The notes below the pieces were generated by a model. It made no database searches. It saw only the letters and a list, made by a program, of their open reading frames with translations, and had not been told where the DNA came from. This document shows positions 51,095 through 63,049 of a stretch of DNA of 64,000 bases, one piece after another. Within the stretch, counting starts at the first letter, position 1. Each line of letters starts with the position of its first letter. The stretch is from an uncultured Acidimicrobiia bacterium (GTDB lineage Bacteria > Actinomycetota > Acidimicrobiia > Spongiisociales > ZC4RG35): NCBI GenBank assembly GCA_963790345.1, contig CAWBOD010000011.1, positions 227,681 through 291,680 of the forward strand. The letters run 5' to 3'. The position numbers and the translations under genes are program-made.

Positions 51095-52239
51095 TCACAT
51101 TCGACGGTTGCATCGTCTGCCTGGCCACACGCTCGAGGTCCCGACCCAACTCCGCCAGATCGACCTCGGACGACAACCGGCGCGACATCGCCTCCATGGT
51201 CCTTTCACGATCAAACCTGGAACGGTTGAACCTCCGGTCCACCGCGTTCTGTATTCGTCGACGCAACGGATTGAACAGCGCTGCCGCGAGCAACGTCGAC
51301 CCTGCCACCGCGAATTCCCCCTGCAGCGGCGGCAGACTTCCCAGCACGAACACCGTTGTCAAATAGATTCCGATCAACACGGCCGACACCAACCCGTAGG
51401 ACACCGTCCGCGAGATGATTCGATCGATCTCATATAGGCGATAGCGAACGACGGCCAGTGCCATCGCCGCCGGAATGCTCAGCGGGGCGAGCGTCCAGAC
51501 CACGTGACCGAGGTCGTTCTCCATCTGGACTGGCAGGGCCAGATTGAGCGCCAGGAGCACAGAGAGGGTGGCACCAGCCGCAAGAAAGACCCATCTGATC
51601 TGCAATCGTTCGATCCCCAGGGAACGCCGGTAGCGGATGCCCAGGATCACTACTCCACCGACGAACGAGACCCCGGTGGCGAGGCCCTCGATAACCGTGA
51701 GAATCGGGAGTGCGGATCGCATGAACCCAAGCCCAACCGGGTTGGCAACGGTTGGCAGATCTTCCAGTGGGCCCGGAGTGAAGGCCAGGCGGGCACCAGT
51801 CGCCGAGCGCGCCGGCAAGCGCCACGAACACCAACACCCGACCCAACTTCCCCATCGGTCGCCCGGAGGGGTAGAGCAATAGGAGCAATCCGAAGCTCAG
51901 GACGAAACCGGGGGTGCGAAGCACGGTCGCCAACCAGGCGGCTGCTGCGCCCTGCGACCACCCTTCGTGCACGGCGAGAACCGCGTATTCGCCTGCCCCG
52001 ACCTGGGTGGCGGCAGCCACCCCCGCGATCAGCAGCACCAGTCCGATCGTTTGGCGAGGGCGGTGAACCAGGATGACTGAACCAAGAGCTGTCATTGCGA
52101 TCGCAAAGATGAGACCTTCCCAGGCGTACTCGTAGTGGGCCAGCGACGGCCTGCGTTCGACCGCAAGGAGGAGGCCGATCCCACCCAGTACAAACAGGCT
52201 CACCCAGACCCAGCTGCCGATCAGCCACGTCCCCCTCAT
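51075..52239 (-). pseudogene. polytopic membrane protein, paralog 1 (sensor-kinase-like N-terminal module without kinase), one frameshift
   Basis: N-terminal helices are in ORF 51430..52239. The C-terminal part is in ORF 51075..51818 (RYRLYEIDRIISRTVSYG...LFNPLRRRIQNAVDRRFNRSRFD). Switch near 51800. Confidence 0.6.
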
Positions 52240-53396
52240 CCGCTGGCTGCGCGCACCCAGACGCTGACATTCGACGGCTGCATCGTCTGATGCGCCACTT
52301 GCTCCAACTCGAGGCCCAGGGCCGACAAGTCCACCTCATTGGCCAATCGCCGGGACAAGGCTTCCATCGTCAACTGGGCATCGAAGCGCGACCGGTTGAA
52401 CCGGCGGTCCACCGCATTCTGAATCCGCCGCCGCAGCGGGTTGAAAAGGGCCGCCGACAACAACGTCGAACCTGCGACGGCGAATTCTCCCTGCAGGGGC
52501 GGCAGACTCCCCAGCACAAAGACCGCTCCCAGGTACACGGCCACCAACACCGCCGTCACCAATCCATAGGAGACCGTCCGCGAAATGATCCGGTCGATGT
52601 CATACAACCGGTACCGCAGGACCGCGACACCAAAGGCGATCGGGAAGCTCAGCATGGCGAGGTAGACGATGATCCAGGGCCCGTCGCCCGGGTCCTCTCC
52701 TTGCATCGCTTCCGCAACGGTGATCCATATGAGGGTCACGACGATCGACAAGACCAGGAAGGCCAGCGGCAGCACCACCCACCCGAGCTGAGCACGCTCA
52801 ACCCCCGTCGAGTGCCGCCGCCGCACGACGAGCGACACCGCCCCACCGATCAGGATCACCACCAGCACGAGATAGGACGGCAGCCAAACCCAGGAGGGCA
52901 GAACACTGACCGGATTCTGCTCAGGCCCGTCTTGGCTCCGACGCCAGAGCGGAAACAACAACCGCGGCAGGGAGCAGCCATCGACCGGCTAGTCGCCCTA
53001 TCCGGGCCCAGCGGCTGATCCCCCACCGGCCAATGGCCGCCAGGAAACACAAGCGTCATCGCCGCAAAGAACCCAAAGACGAGCGACCATCCGGCGCGGT
53101 CCACCCAAAGCGCCAAGGTCGGGGGAACTCCTGGAAAACGTTGCACGTTGGAGACCGAGAGCACCGTGGCGCCAAGGGCAAGCAGCAGCCATCCAACAGC
53201 ATTGCCATCGCGACGGAAGATGATGATTCCCGCCAGTCCTGCGTAGGCGACCAACCCCACCACGTCGATTGCGGCTTCACCGGCCGGATATCCGGTCGTC
53301 ATCGCTCCGACCAGGACGACCACCGGCACGGCCATCAGAAGAGCAAACAACACCACGCGCCAAATCGGCGTCGCCTCGATGGCTCTGGACGTCACG
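52236..53396 (-). pseudogene. polytopic membrane protein, paralog 2, frameshift(s) near 52950..53020
   Basis: GTG 53396 (VTSRAIEATPIWRVVLFALLM...). The C-terminal ORF 52236..52961 shares RYRLYDIDRIISRTVSYG...LFNPLRRRIQNAVDRRFNRSRFD with paralog 1. A 4-nt overlap links it to paralog 1. Confidence 0.6.
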
Positions 53397-53500
53397 TACC
53401 CATTCTCGCCCACCAACGTCCCGAAAGCGTTACGAACCGCCCGGACACCGAAAGGGGATTCCCGGGCAAGCCGAACTCCGGCCCCATAGAGTGCCCGCCG

Positions 53501-54850
<1,350 letters not shown>

Positions 54851-54860
54851 TGTCGACGTC

Positions 54861-55196
54861 GTGAGCGACGAACCGAGGGACGACGGCGCCAGCTTCGAGC
54901 GAGAGCCCGATCTGGTTCCGGCGACGACAGCCACCAAGCCCTCGTCAGATTTCTCATGGAGCCTCGCCGGGTTCCTCCTGATCGGCCTCGGATTCGTGGT
55001 GTTTGCCGTCCAGAACGCGGTCGATGTCCCCGTCGAGTTCCTCAGGTGGGATTTCACCGTCTCCCTGCCGCTCCTTCTCGTCGTCACTGCCCTGATCGCC
55101 GTCATCTCTGACGAAATCGTCGGATTGATCCGCCGGCGCCGGCGCCGCCGCCGGCTCGCCGAGAAGGAAGAGCTGAAGCGGTACCGCAGCACGTGA
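54861..55196 (+). CDS. LapA-domain (DUF1049) small membrane protein
   Basis: GTG 54861. FAVQNAVDVPVEFLRWDFTVSLPLLL followed by a poly-Arg/coiled tail. Confidence 0.6.
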   Translation: MSDEPRDDGASFEREPDLVPATTATKPSSDFSWSLAGFLLIGLGFVVFAVQNAVDVPVEFLRWDFTVSLPLLLVVTALIAVISDEIVGLIRRRRRRRRLAEKEELKRYRST

Positions 55197-56573
55197 GTGC
55201 CGGGCCATCTCGAACCAGACTCATTGTTGTCGGAGGCGATGCCGCCGGAATGTCGGCCGCCAGTCAAGCCAAACGTCGGAATCAAGACCTGGAGATCGTC
55301 GCGTTCGAGCGCGGCGCCTACGTCAGCTACTCGGCCTGCGGGGAGCCCTATTACATCGGTGGCCTGGTCGACGACCTCGACCGACTGGTCGCCCGGACAC
55401 CGGAGCAGTTCGCCGAACGCGGCATCGAGGTGCACACCCATCACGAAGTAACGTCGATTGACCTCGATCGCCGCGAGGTGAGCGTGGTCGACCTCGCGAC
55501 AGAGTCCTCGCGTACGATCGGATTCGACCACCTCATGGTCTCGACCGGATCGCGGCCGCTGCGCCCGTCTTATATCAGAGGCGTGAATCTTCCCGGCGTC
55601 GTCGGCCTCCGCACCCTGGAGGACGCCGACCAGATACGACAACAGTTGACGGTCGACGACGTCAAGAGAGTGGTCATCGTCGGCGGCGGGTACATCGGGA
55701 TCGAGGTCGCCGAGGCCCTGATCGATCGCGGGATCGACGTCACCATGATCACATCCGGTAGCCACGTCCTCGAGAAGACTCTGGATGCCGAGATGGGCGC
55801 TTTGGTCGACGAGGCGGTTCGGGCCTATGGCATCGACCTCCACACGGGTTCGCGGGTCCAGTGCATCCAGGGCAGCGACCGCGCCACCGGGATCGGGTGT
55901 GACGAGATGGAATTTCCGGCCGACCTCATCGTCATCGGCTTGGGTGCCGGCCCCGAGGTGGACCTGGCGAAGGGGGCAGGGATCCCGCTCGGGGCGTCCG
56001 GGGCGATTGCGGTCGACGAATTCCAACGAACGCAGGTCGAGGGAGTCTGGTCGGCGGGCGACTGTGCGGAGGTTCGACATCGGGTAACGGGCAAGCCCTT
56101 CAATGTCGCGCTCGGCACCGTGGCCAACAAGTCCGGCCGAATCGCCGGTGACAACATTGCCGCAACCATCGAGGGCTCAGACCTGAAACCCTTCCCGGGA
56201 GCCATTGGGACCGCCATCACCAAGATCGGTGACACCGAGATCTCGAGAACCGGCTTGAAGGTGGAGCAAGCCCGCCAGGCCGGTTTCGCACCCGTGGTGG
56301 GTCAAGTGACGGGTACTACGACAGCCGGCTACTGGCCGGCCGCCGAACGTCTCGATCTGATGGTGATCGCCGATGAGGACACCGGGAAAATTCTCGGGGC
56401 GCAGATCGTCGGCGGCCGGGGCGCAGGCAAGAAGATCGACGTGATTGCTACTGCGATTTGGAACGACATGACGGCAGAGGAGTTGTCGTGGGTGGATCTG
56501 TCCTATGCCCCGCCTTTCGGCGGCGGTGTGGGACTTGATTCATATCGCGGCTCGCAGGGCGGCCGGCGATTGA
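55193..56573 (+). pseudogene. FAD-dependent pyridine nucleotide-disulfide oxidoreductase (CoA-disulfide reductase/NADH oxidase family), frameshift near the 3' end
   Basis: LIVVGGDAAGMSAA, SYSACGEPYY (redox Cys), VIVGGGYIGIE, GDCA. After DLSYAPPF the expected tail AAVWDLIHIAARRAAGD-stop (TGA 56571..56573) is one frame off. Switch near 56518. Confidence 0.8.
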
Positions 56574-57376
56574 GGGTTGGCTTATCGGTTGTCCTGGCCG
56601 TTCTCACACTCTCATGCACCAGTGCTGAAGGCGGGGCGACGACCGGGGTGAATTTGCCGACGAGCGACGTCGACGTCGTCGTGACCGCCGTCGCCGACGG
56701 CGACAGCTTTCGGGCGCAGTCTCCGACTGGTGAGATCGAGGTGCGCCTGCTTGGAATCAACTCCCCCGAACTGGACGAATGCCATGGCCAGGCAGCGAGA
56801 GACGCTCTGGATCGGATGATTTCGGGCCGGGAGATCGGGTTGGCCACCGAGTCCGAAAACGATCAATTTGGTCGAGTCCTGGCCAGGGCAGTCGTGAAAG
56901 ATCGTTACGTCAATCTGGAGATGGTTGGCAACGGCGACAGCCTCGCGACAGCTGACGGAGGCACCGACCGGGAGGTCCTCTTTCAGGCCCAGGAGAGGGC
57001 ACGGGCGGCCGAAATCGGGCTGTGGGGAAGCGAGGTCTGTGGAGCCGTCGGGCCGCGGGCTTCTCTGGAAATCAGGGGTGTCGACTACGACCCGCCGGGA
57101 CCGGACGACGATGAGTCGGTGACAATCGTCAACACAGGCACCGACCCGATCGACCTGGCCGGGTTCGTGCTCAGGGATGAGTCATCGGTCAACCGCTTCG
57201 TGTTCCCGGCCGTCACCCTGGAGCCGGGACAAGAGGTACAAGTCACAACAAACTGTGGCGGGGGCGGCGACGGGACCATCTCGTGGTGCTCCGCCCAGCC
57301 GATCTGGAACAACGGTGGCGACACAGCTCTCGTGCTCGACCGGGTCGGGCGGATCGTCGCCTTCCACCGGTATTAG
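56570..57376 (+). CDS. secreted thermonuclease (SNase-like) lipoprotein with C-terminal lamin-tail-like domain
   Basis: TTG 56570 overlaps the reductase stop. RVGLSVVLAVLTLSC lipobox. DGDSFRA...VRLLGINSPE...GRVLA nuclease motifs. C-terminal ESVTIVNTG...DLAGFVLRDES...GGDTALVLD. Confidence 0.75.
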   Translation: MRVGLSVVLAVLTLSCTSAEGGATTGVNLPTSDVDVVVTAVADGDSFRAQSPTGEIEVRLLGINSPELDECHGQAARDALDRMISGREIGLATESENDQFGRVLARAVVKDRYVNLEMVGNGDSLATADGGTDREVLFQAQERARAAEIGLWGSEVCGAVGPRASLEIRGVDYDPPGPDDDESVTIVNTGTDPIDLAGFVLRDESSVNRFVFPAVTLEPGQEVQVTTNCGGGGDGTISWCSAQPIWNNGGDTALVLDRVGRIVAFHRY

Positions 57377-57413
57377 CTAACTTCAAATTGAACAGATCAC
57401 AAAGGAGACCGAA

Positions 57414-57950
57414 GTGACGTTCATGGAAACTTTGAAGCGGTGGTTGGGCAAGACCAAGGAGCTGGCGGGGGAAGCAGCCGAGAAGGCTGGACCGGCCCTC
57501 GAGAAGGCCAAGGAGAAGGCCGGACCGGCGATGGAAAAGGCCAAGGAGAAGGCCAGTGAGGCCCTGGAGAAGGCCGGACCGGCGATGGAAAAGGCCAAGG
57601 AGGTCGCGGGCGAGGCCTGGGAGAAGGCGACCGAAAAGATCGACGAGATGCGGAGCGGGGGCGTTGAAGGCGCCAAAGACAAGGCTGGCGACATGGCCGA
57701 CAAAGCCGAGGAAAAGGTCCACGACATCAGCGGCATGGCGACAGAGGCGGGTGAGAAGGCCATGGAGGAAGCCAGGCACATGGGCGATCACACGCACCAT
57801 CACGCCCACGACATCGAGGAAATGGCTAAGGAGTTGGCCGGCGCCGACGAGGACATCGCCGAAAAGCTGCACGACGTCAGCGACATGGCGAAGGATGCAG
57901 CCGATGACGTCGTCGACAAGGCGAAGGACGTCGGGGACAAGGCCAAGTAG
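57414..57950 (+). CDS. LEA-like / repeat-rich hydrophilic stress protein with His-rich patch
   Basis: AAAGGAG lies 6 nt before GTG 57414. Contains repeated EKAGPA(L/M)EKAKEKA 11-mers and HMGDHTHHHAHD. There is no hydrophobic core. Confidence 0.7.
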   Translation: MTFMETLKRWLGKTKELAGEAAEKAGPALEKAKEKAGPAMEKAKEKASEALEKAGPAMEKAKEVAGEAWEKATEKIDEMRSGGVEGAKDKAGDMADKAEEKVHDISGMATEAGEKAMEEARHMGDHTHHHAHDIEEMAKELAGADEDIAEKLHDVSDMAKDAADDVVDKAKDVGDKAK

Positions 57951-58056
57951 CTCCCATCCTGGCTCTGCGCTACTGCCGCTGAGCTTGCGCTCCTAAACGG
58001 CCCGGTGGGCTCATACTTCCAGTCGAGGTGCGGGCGGGCTCGTTAACCTCCCGGGA

Positions 58057-59239
58057 ATGTCTCGGATTTCCAGGCGCGTCGGGTCGATCGAAGAGTCGGC
58101 CACCATGGCGATCAGCGAACGCGCCGCGCGGCTGAAGGCCTCGGGGCGTCCCACGATCAGCTTCGGGGCCGGCGAACCCGACTTCCCAACCCCTCCCCAC
58201 ATCGTCGAGGCGGCCATCGTCGCCGCCCGCGACCCGCGCTACCACCACTACACCCCCAACGCCGGCCTCCCCGAACTTCGCGAAGCCGTCGCGGCGGCAA
58301 CTCTCCAGCACTCGGGGGTGGCAACCTCGGCCCGAGAAGTCCTGATCACCAACGGGGGCAAACAGGCTGTCTATCTGGGGCTAGCGGCATTGCTGGACCC
58401 GGGCGACGAGGTCTTGATCCCGGCTCCCTACTGGGTCACGTATCCGGAGGCGGCTGCTCTATCGGGAGGCGTGCCCGTGCGGGTGGTGGCGGGAGAAGCA
58501 GCCGGCTTCAAAGTGACGGTCGACCAACTCGAGGCTGCCACCACTCCGCGCACCAAGGTCCTCGTATTCGTCTCGCCATCCAACCCGACCGGAGCCATCT
58601 ACTCCCCCGGCGAAGTCGCGGCGATCGGTCGCTGGGCGGGGGAACGGGGCATCTGGGTTCTCACTGACGAGATCTATCAGCAACTCGTGTACCGCGGAGT
58701 CAAGGCGAAATCAATTGCAACCGTGCCCGAGCTGGAAGACAGATGGCTCATCGTGAACGGGGTCGCCAAGACCTACGCCATGACCGGCTGGCGAGTTGGG
58801 TGGTTGGTCGGACCGGCCGATGTCATCCAGGGCGCCAGCAACCATCAATCCCACATGACCTCCAATGTCAACAACATCGCCCAGCGTGCTGCCCTCGCCG
58901 GCCTAACCGGACCCACCGAGCCGATCGAGGAGATGCGACAGGCCTTCGACAAGCGGCGCCAGGCGATGCACGGAAGGCTGGCCAAGATGGCCGGGGTGAC
59001 CTGCGTCGAACCCGAGGGAGCCTTCTATTGCTACCCGGGTCTGGCGGCCCATCTGGGACGATTCGGGTCCTCGATGGGGGTTGCTTCCTACCTGCTCGAG
59101 GAGGCCGATGTGGCAGTTGTTCCAGGCGAAGCTTTCGGCACCGATGGCTATGCCGCGCCTGTCATACGCCCTCAATGATGACGACCTCGAAGAGGGTCTC
59201 GAGCGGATGGGACGGGCCCTCGAGCGGGCCCAGGATTAG
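58057..59239 (+). pseudogene. aspC: aspartate/aromatic aminotransferase (class I), frameshift near the 3' end
   Basis: [19 protein letters not shown] and PGEAFG motifs. After GTDGY the conserved [27 protein letters not shown]-stop (TAG 59237..59239) is in the adjacent frame. Switch near 59150. Confidence 0.85.
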
Positions 59240-59271
59240 CCCTTCGGAAGCGGGTTTACACTCGCCGATCA

Positions 59272-60348
59272 GTGGAGTCACCCGACAGCGCCAAGGCCAT
59301 GCTCTTGGTCGAGCCCCGCCATCTGAGCTGCAATCGGTTACCCGTCAAGTCCGTCGAAAGAGGTGGCTGGCTGGCTATCGAGGCAACCGGGATCTCCGGA
59401 GCGGACGTCCAGACCTGGAAGGGCGACCGTCTTGACGTCGTCTACCCGCTGGTCCTAGGTCATCAGGTTGTGGGAAGGATCGCAGCCACCGACGACCTCG
59501 ACGGCTTTGAAGTCGGAACCAGGGTCGTGGTCGAGCCCGAGTTGCGATGCGGCGTCTGCGGCCGGTGTCGAAACGGCGTCGGCGGGTGTCGAAAGCGTGT
59601 GCCCGTCAATAGCTACGGCCGGCTCCCTTCCACCGAACCTCCCGGGCTTTGGGGAGGCCTAGCCGAATATCTCTATCTGGATCCGTCGGCCCGCCTGCAC
59701 GTCGTTTCGGACGACATATCGGCGGAGTTGGCGACCTTCGTCCATCCCCTCGCGGCGGGATACACGTGGGCCGTAGAGCTGGCCGATTTGAAACCCGGTG
59801 AAACGGTGATGGTCCTCGGGCCGGGACCACGAGGCCTGGCGTGCGTCGTCGCGGCCATGGCAGCAGGCGCCGAATGGGTGGGGGTTACCGGTCTCGATGT
59901 GGATAGCGACCGGCTGGCAATCGCCCAAAAGCTTGGTGCCAACCTCACGGTCAACGCGTCCAGCGAAGACGTGGCGGCCTCGGTTGCGGACCACCTCGGC
60001 ACCCGGCCGGATGTGGTCATCGATGTCACCTCCGACGACCCTGAGGCCATGTTCACCGCACTCGACCTGGTGCGATCCGGCGGCCGGGTGATTCTGGCGT
60101 CGACCAAGGGCAACCGCCCGGTCCATTTCTTCTCGGATCTGATCGTGACCAAGCAGCTCACCCTGCGAGGCGCCCTGGGGGCGAGCAGCAACGCCTACGA
60201 CTGGGCTTGCGACCAGGTAGCCGCGGATTCCCGGATCGACGACCTGGTTTCCCATCAGTTCCCTCTTACCGAAGCTTCCCGGGCCCTCCAGGCGGCGGCC
60301 GGCATGCTCGGTCACGACGAGCTGATTTCTGTGGCAGTCACCTTCTAA
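59272..60348 (+). CDS. zinc-binding alcohol dehydrogenase (MDR) family protein
   Basis: 358 aa. LGHQVVG, a structural-zinc Cys cluster (CGVCGRCRNGVGGC) and VLGPGPRGL Rossmann motif. Confidence 0.8.
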   Translation: MESPDSAKAMLLVEPRHLSCNRLPVKSVERGGWLAIEATGISGADVQTWKGDRLDVVYPLVLGHQVVGRIAATDDLDGFEVGTRVVVEPELRCGVCGRCRNGVGGCRKRVPVNSYGRLPSTEPPGLWGGLAEYLYLDPSARLHVVSDDISAELATFVHPLAAGYTWAVELADLKPGETVMVLGPGPRGLACVVAAMAAGAEWVGVTGLDVDSDRLAIAQKLGANLTVNASSEDVAASVADHLGTRPDVVIDVTSDDPEAMFTALDLVRSGGRVILASTKGNRPVHFFSDLIVTKQLTLRGALGASSNAYDWACDQVAADSRIDDLVSHQFPLTEASRALQAAAGMLGHDELISVAVTF

Positions 60349-60462
60349 TAGGTCCCGGTCATACCCCCGGCATCCTCACCTCGCGGGGCCATCGGGCCCA
60401 CTCGGGCGAGGTGGGGCTGGATCGTTTACGACCTGGCCAATACGATTTTCGCTCTGGGGGTC

Positions 60463-61575
60463 GTGGGGCTCTACATACCGGCCTGGCTCCATGAATCCGG
60501 CTTGCCCGACTCGGCCCTGGCCGTAACCGAAGCCCTGGCCGGAGCTTCAGTCATGGTCCTCGCCCCGTGGATCGGGATCCAGACGGATCGAGCGTCACGG
60601 CGTCTGCCTGCGCTGGGCTTGACCACCGCCGTCGCCATCATGGCCACGGCCGGGCTGGCGTGGTTCTCCCCCACCGTGACCCTCGTGTTGCTCGGACTGG
60701 CGCTGATCGGGGTCAATACCGGGTCGGCCATCTACGACTCATTGCTTCCATCCGTCAGTGACGAAGTCACGAGGGCCCGGACCTCGGGGCTCGGAGTCGG
60801 AATCGGATATCTGGGTGCCTTCGTCGGACTCGGCCTCGGGCTGCTGGCTTTCGAGGTCTTCGACGCCGGCTATCCGGCCACATTCCGGTTCCTCGCAGCC
60901 GGATTCGCCCTTTTCTCGATCCCTATCTTCGTCTGGGTTCGCGAGCAACCGCGGGCCGGGAATGAAAGGGTCTCGCTCAATCCCTTCAGAGGCTTGGCCG
61001 CAGCCTGGCGGCGAGCTGCCCGAACGCCCGGGGTGCTCCGGTTTCTCCTTGCCAGGTTCCTCTACTCGGATGCGATCAACACTCTCATCGGCGGCTTCCT
61101 GGCTCTCTTCGTGCTGACCGAATTGAACCTATCGACGAGGGAGGTCAACAACCTTCTTGGGGTTGCGATCGCCGCCGCCATCGGCGGCGGGCTCGGGGGT
61201 GGCCGACTGACAACTCGACTCGGAGCGAGACGGGCGCTGCGGGTGGCGCTCCTGCTCTGGGTCCTGGCACTTCTTCTCGGGGCCGTCACCGCCGCGATCG
61301 GGGTCACCTGGTTGATCTGGGTTGTCGGGGTGATGGGTGGCCTCGCGCTCGGTGCCACCTGGACCGCCGATCGGGTGCTGATGCTCGATCTGAGCCCGCC
61401 CCGGCACGTCGGTGAGTTCTACGGCCTCTATGCGACGGTGGGTCGGTTCGCGACCATTTTCGGTCCCCTGGTTTGGGCCGCGGTGGTCGACGGTCTTGGG
61501 TGGGGACGTACCTCGGCGCTTTTGATCCTGGCGGCCTTCATCCTCAGCGGTTGGTGGGTCGTCAGACGGGAATAG
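60463..61575 (+). CDS. MFS transporter, UMF1 family (second copy), start unresolved
   Basis: The first canonical start is GTG 60463. The family N-terminus (RARWGWIVYDLANTIFALGV) continues in frame upstream to ~60403. No ATG, GTG or TTG occurs back to the ADH stop. Confidence 0.7.
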   Translation: MGLYIPAWLHESGLPDSALAVTEALAGASVMVLAPWIGIQTDRASRRLPALGLTTAVAIMATAGLAWFSPTVTLVLLGLALIGVNTGSAIYDSLLPSVSDEVTRARTSGLGVGIGYLGAFVGLGLGLLAFEVFDAGYPATFRFLAAGFALFSIPIFVWVREQPRAGNERVSLNPFRGLAAAWRRAARTPGVLRFLLARFLYSDAINTLIGGFLALFVLTELNLSTREVNNLLGVAIAAAIGGGLGGGRLTTRLGARRALRVALLLWVLALLLGAVTAAIGVTWLIWVVGVMGGLALGATWTADRVLMLDLSPPRHVGEFYGLYATVGRFATIFGPLVWAAVVDGLGWGRTSALLILAAFILSGWWVVRRE

Positions 61576-61603
61576 ATCCGGGCTTCAATCAGGTCGTCTG
61601 CAA

Positions 61604-63023
61604 TCAGGCGTCGCCTGCAATCATCCTTCTTCTGACCCGAAGCTCGAACCCCATTTCCTCGGCCAGTGCGGTCATGAGGCCGACCAGGTCGTCCCGAGCC
61701 TCTGATTCCGGAAACCGTTCGATGGAATCGAAAGCCTTTTCGAGGCTCTCGGCGGACTTCTCCATATCGCCGGCTCTCCACTGTTCCACTGCTTTTTCAA
61801 TCCGTTCGTCCACTTCCCTGACGTCCTTCGGTTTGTAATCGGGAGGACCTAGTGAGGCGAGGAGAGTCCCTATCTCAGCTGCCAGGGAGGTGGGGCTTGG
61901 TTCGGTGGTAGCTACCACTGACGATGTCGTTGTGGCGGCGGTCGTGGTCGAACCTGTGGTTGCCGACCGCGCCAGAACTCCCGTGTATTTGGTTCCGGAT
62001 CGGTCGGCCGCGATGGACAAAATGGCGATGACTCCCACCAGCACCAATCCTCCGGCCACGGCGAGGCTGCGCCGGAGAGGCCTGCGCTCACTCAGGTCAG
62101 AGTCTCTTCTTTCACCCTGATTCGGGTCTGGCAGCTTGAGGACGGTGGACTCGTCGGGTGAAACCCTTGACTCCGGCGGGACGAAGGGAGGCGCAGCCGG
62201 AGCGCTCACACCGACGGGGAGGACGAGCGTGGAAGGCTCGCTGAGCCCCGCGACGAAGGCTGCAGCCGAAACCGGACGCTCCGATGGGTCCTTCGCCAGA
62301 GCCCTGGTGAGAGCCGGGATGGCCTCGGGTGGAACCTTTCCGACGAGGATCGGCCCATCAGCGGTTCGGATCGCCTCGAGAAGACCAGCCGCCGTGTCCC
62401 TCGAGAAGGGCTTCTCCCCGGTGAGCATCTCGTATGTGACCGCCGCCAATGAGTAGATATCGGAAGCAGCCGAGGCGTTCTCGCCCCCGATTATTTCAGG
62501 AGCCACGTACGAGATGGTCCCGACCACTTCGCCGGGCGACGTGATGGTCGCGGCGTCGTCCAATGGCTTGGCGATCCCGAAGTCGGCCAACCGGATCCTC
62601 TCGCCGGGATCGATGATCAAGTTGGCCGGCTTTATGTCCCGATGAACGATCCCGTTGTTATGGGCGTAGTCGAGGGCAGCTGCCACCTGACCGACGAAGA
62701 GGGCGACCGTCGTGAGGTCCATCGGCCCGTGCGCCGCCAATCGTTGCGCGAGGGTTTCACCCTCGATCAGTTCCATGGCAATCCAGGGACCGTCTTGGTC
62801 CTCCCCCGCGTCGAAGACTGTGAGTATCCCCGGGTGGTTCAGTCGCGCCGCGGCCTGTGCCTCGCGGCGAAATCTGTCCGAAGAAGTCGGATTCGATTTC
62901 AGGTGAGGGGCGAGAGCGCTTGATCGCCAGCCTGCGCCCTAGAAGGGTGTCCGTAGCCCTCCAGACCGTGGCCATACCCCCGGCGCCGATCTGTTCCTCG
63001 AGGACATAGCGACCGTCAATCAC
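61604..63023 (-). pseudogene. Ser/Thr protein kinase with one TM helix and extracellular tail, one frameshift
   Basis: GTG 63023 (VIDGRYVLEEQIGAGGMATVWRATD...LAIK), then a frame switch near 62917..62921. It continues ...RFRREAQAAARLNHPGI...HRDIKPANL...DFGIA...GTISYVAPE, followed by a TM segment. Confidence 0.85.
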
Positions 63024-63049
63024 CGGGCAAGGGTATAGAGAGTCTCCTT

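Noticed and set aside
46668-51100. Prophage or integrative element (low-GC ORF, HNH gene, duplication)
   Set aside because: No integrase, transposase, tRNA attachment site or flanking direct repeats are visible. The PQQ dehydrogenase in the middle looks like ordinary chromosomal content.
55193-57376. Genuine bifunctional reductase-nuclease fusion protein
   Set aside because: There is an internal lipoprotein signal peptide at the junction. A normal reductase C-terminus plus stop sits one frame away, overlapped by a TTG start.
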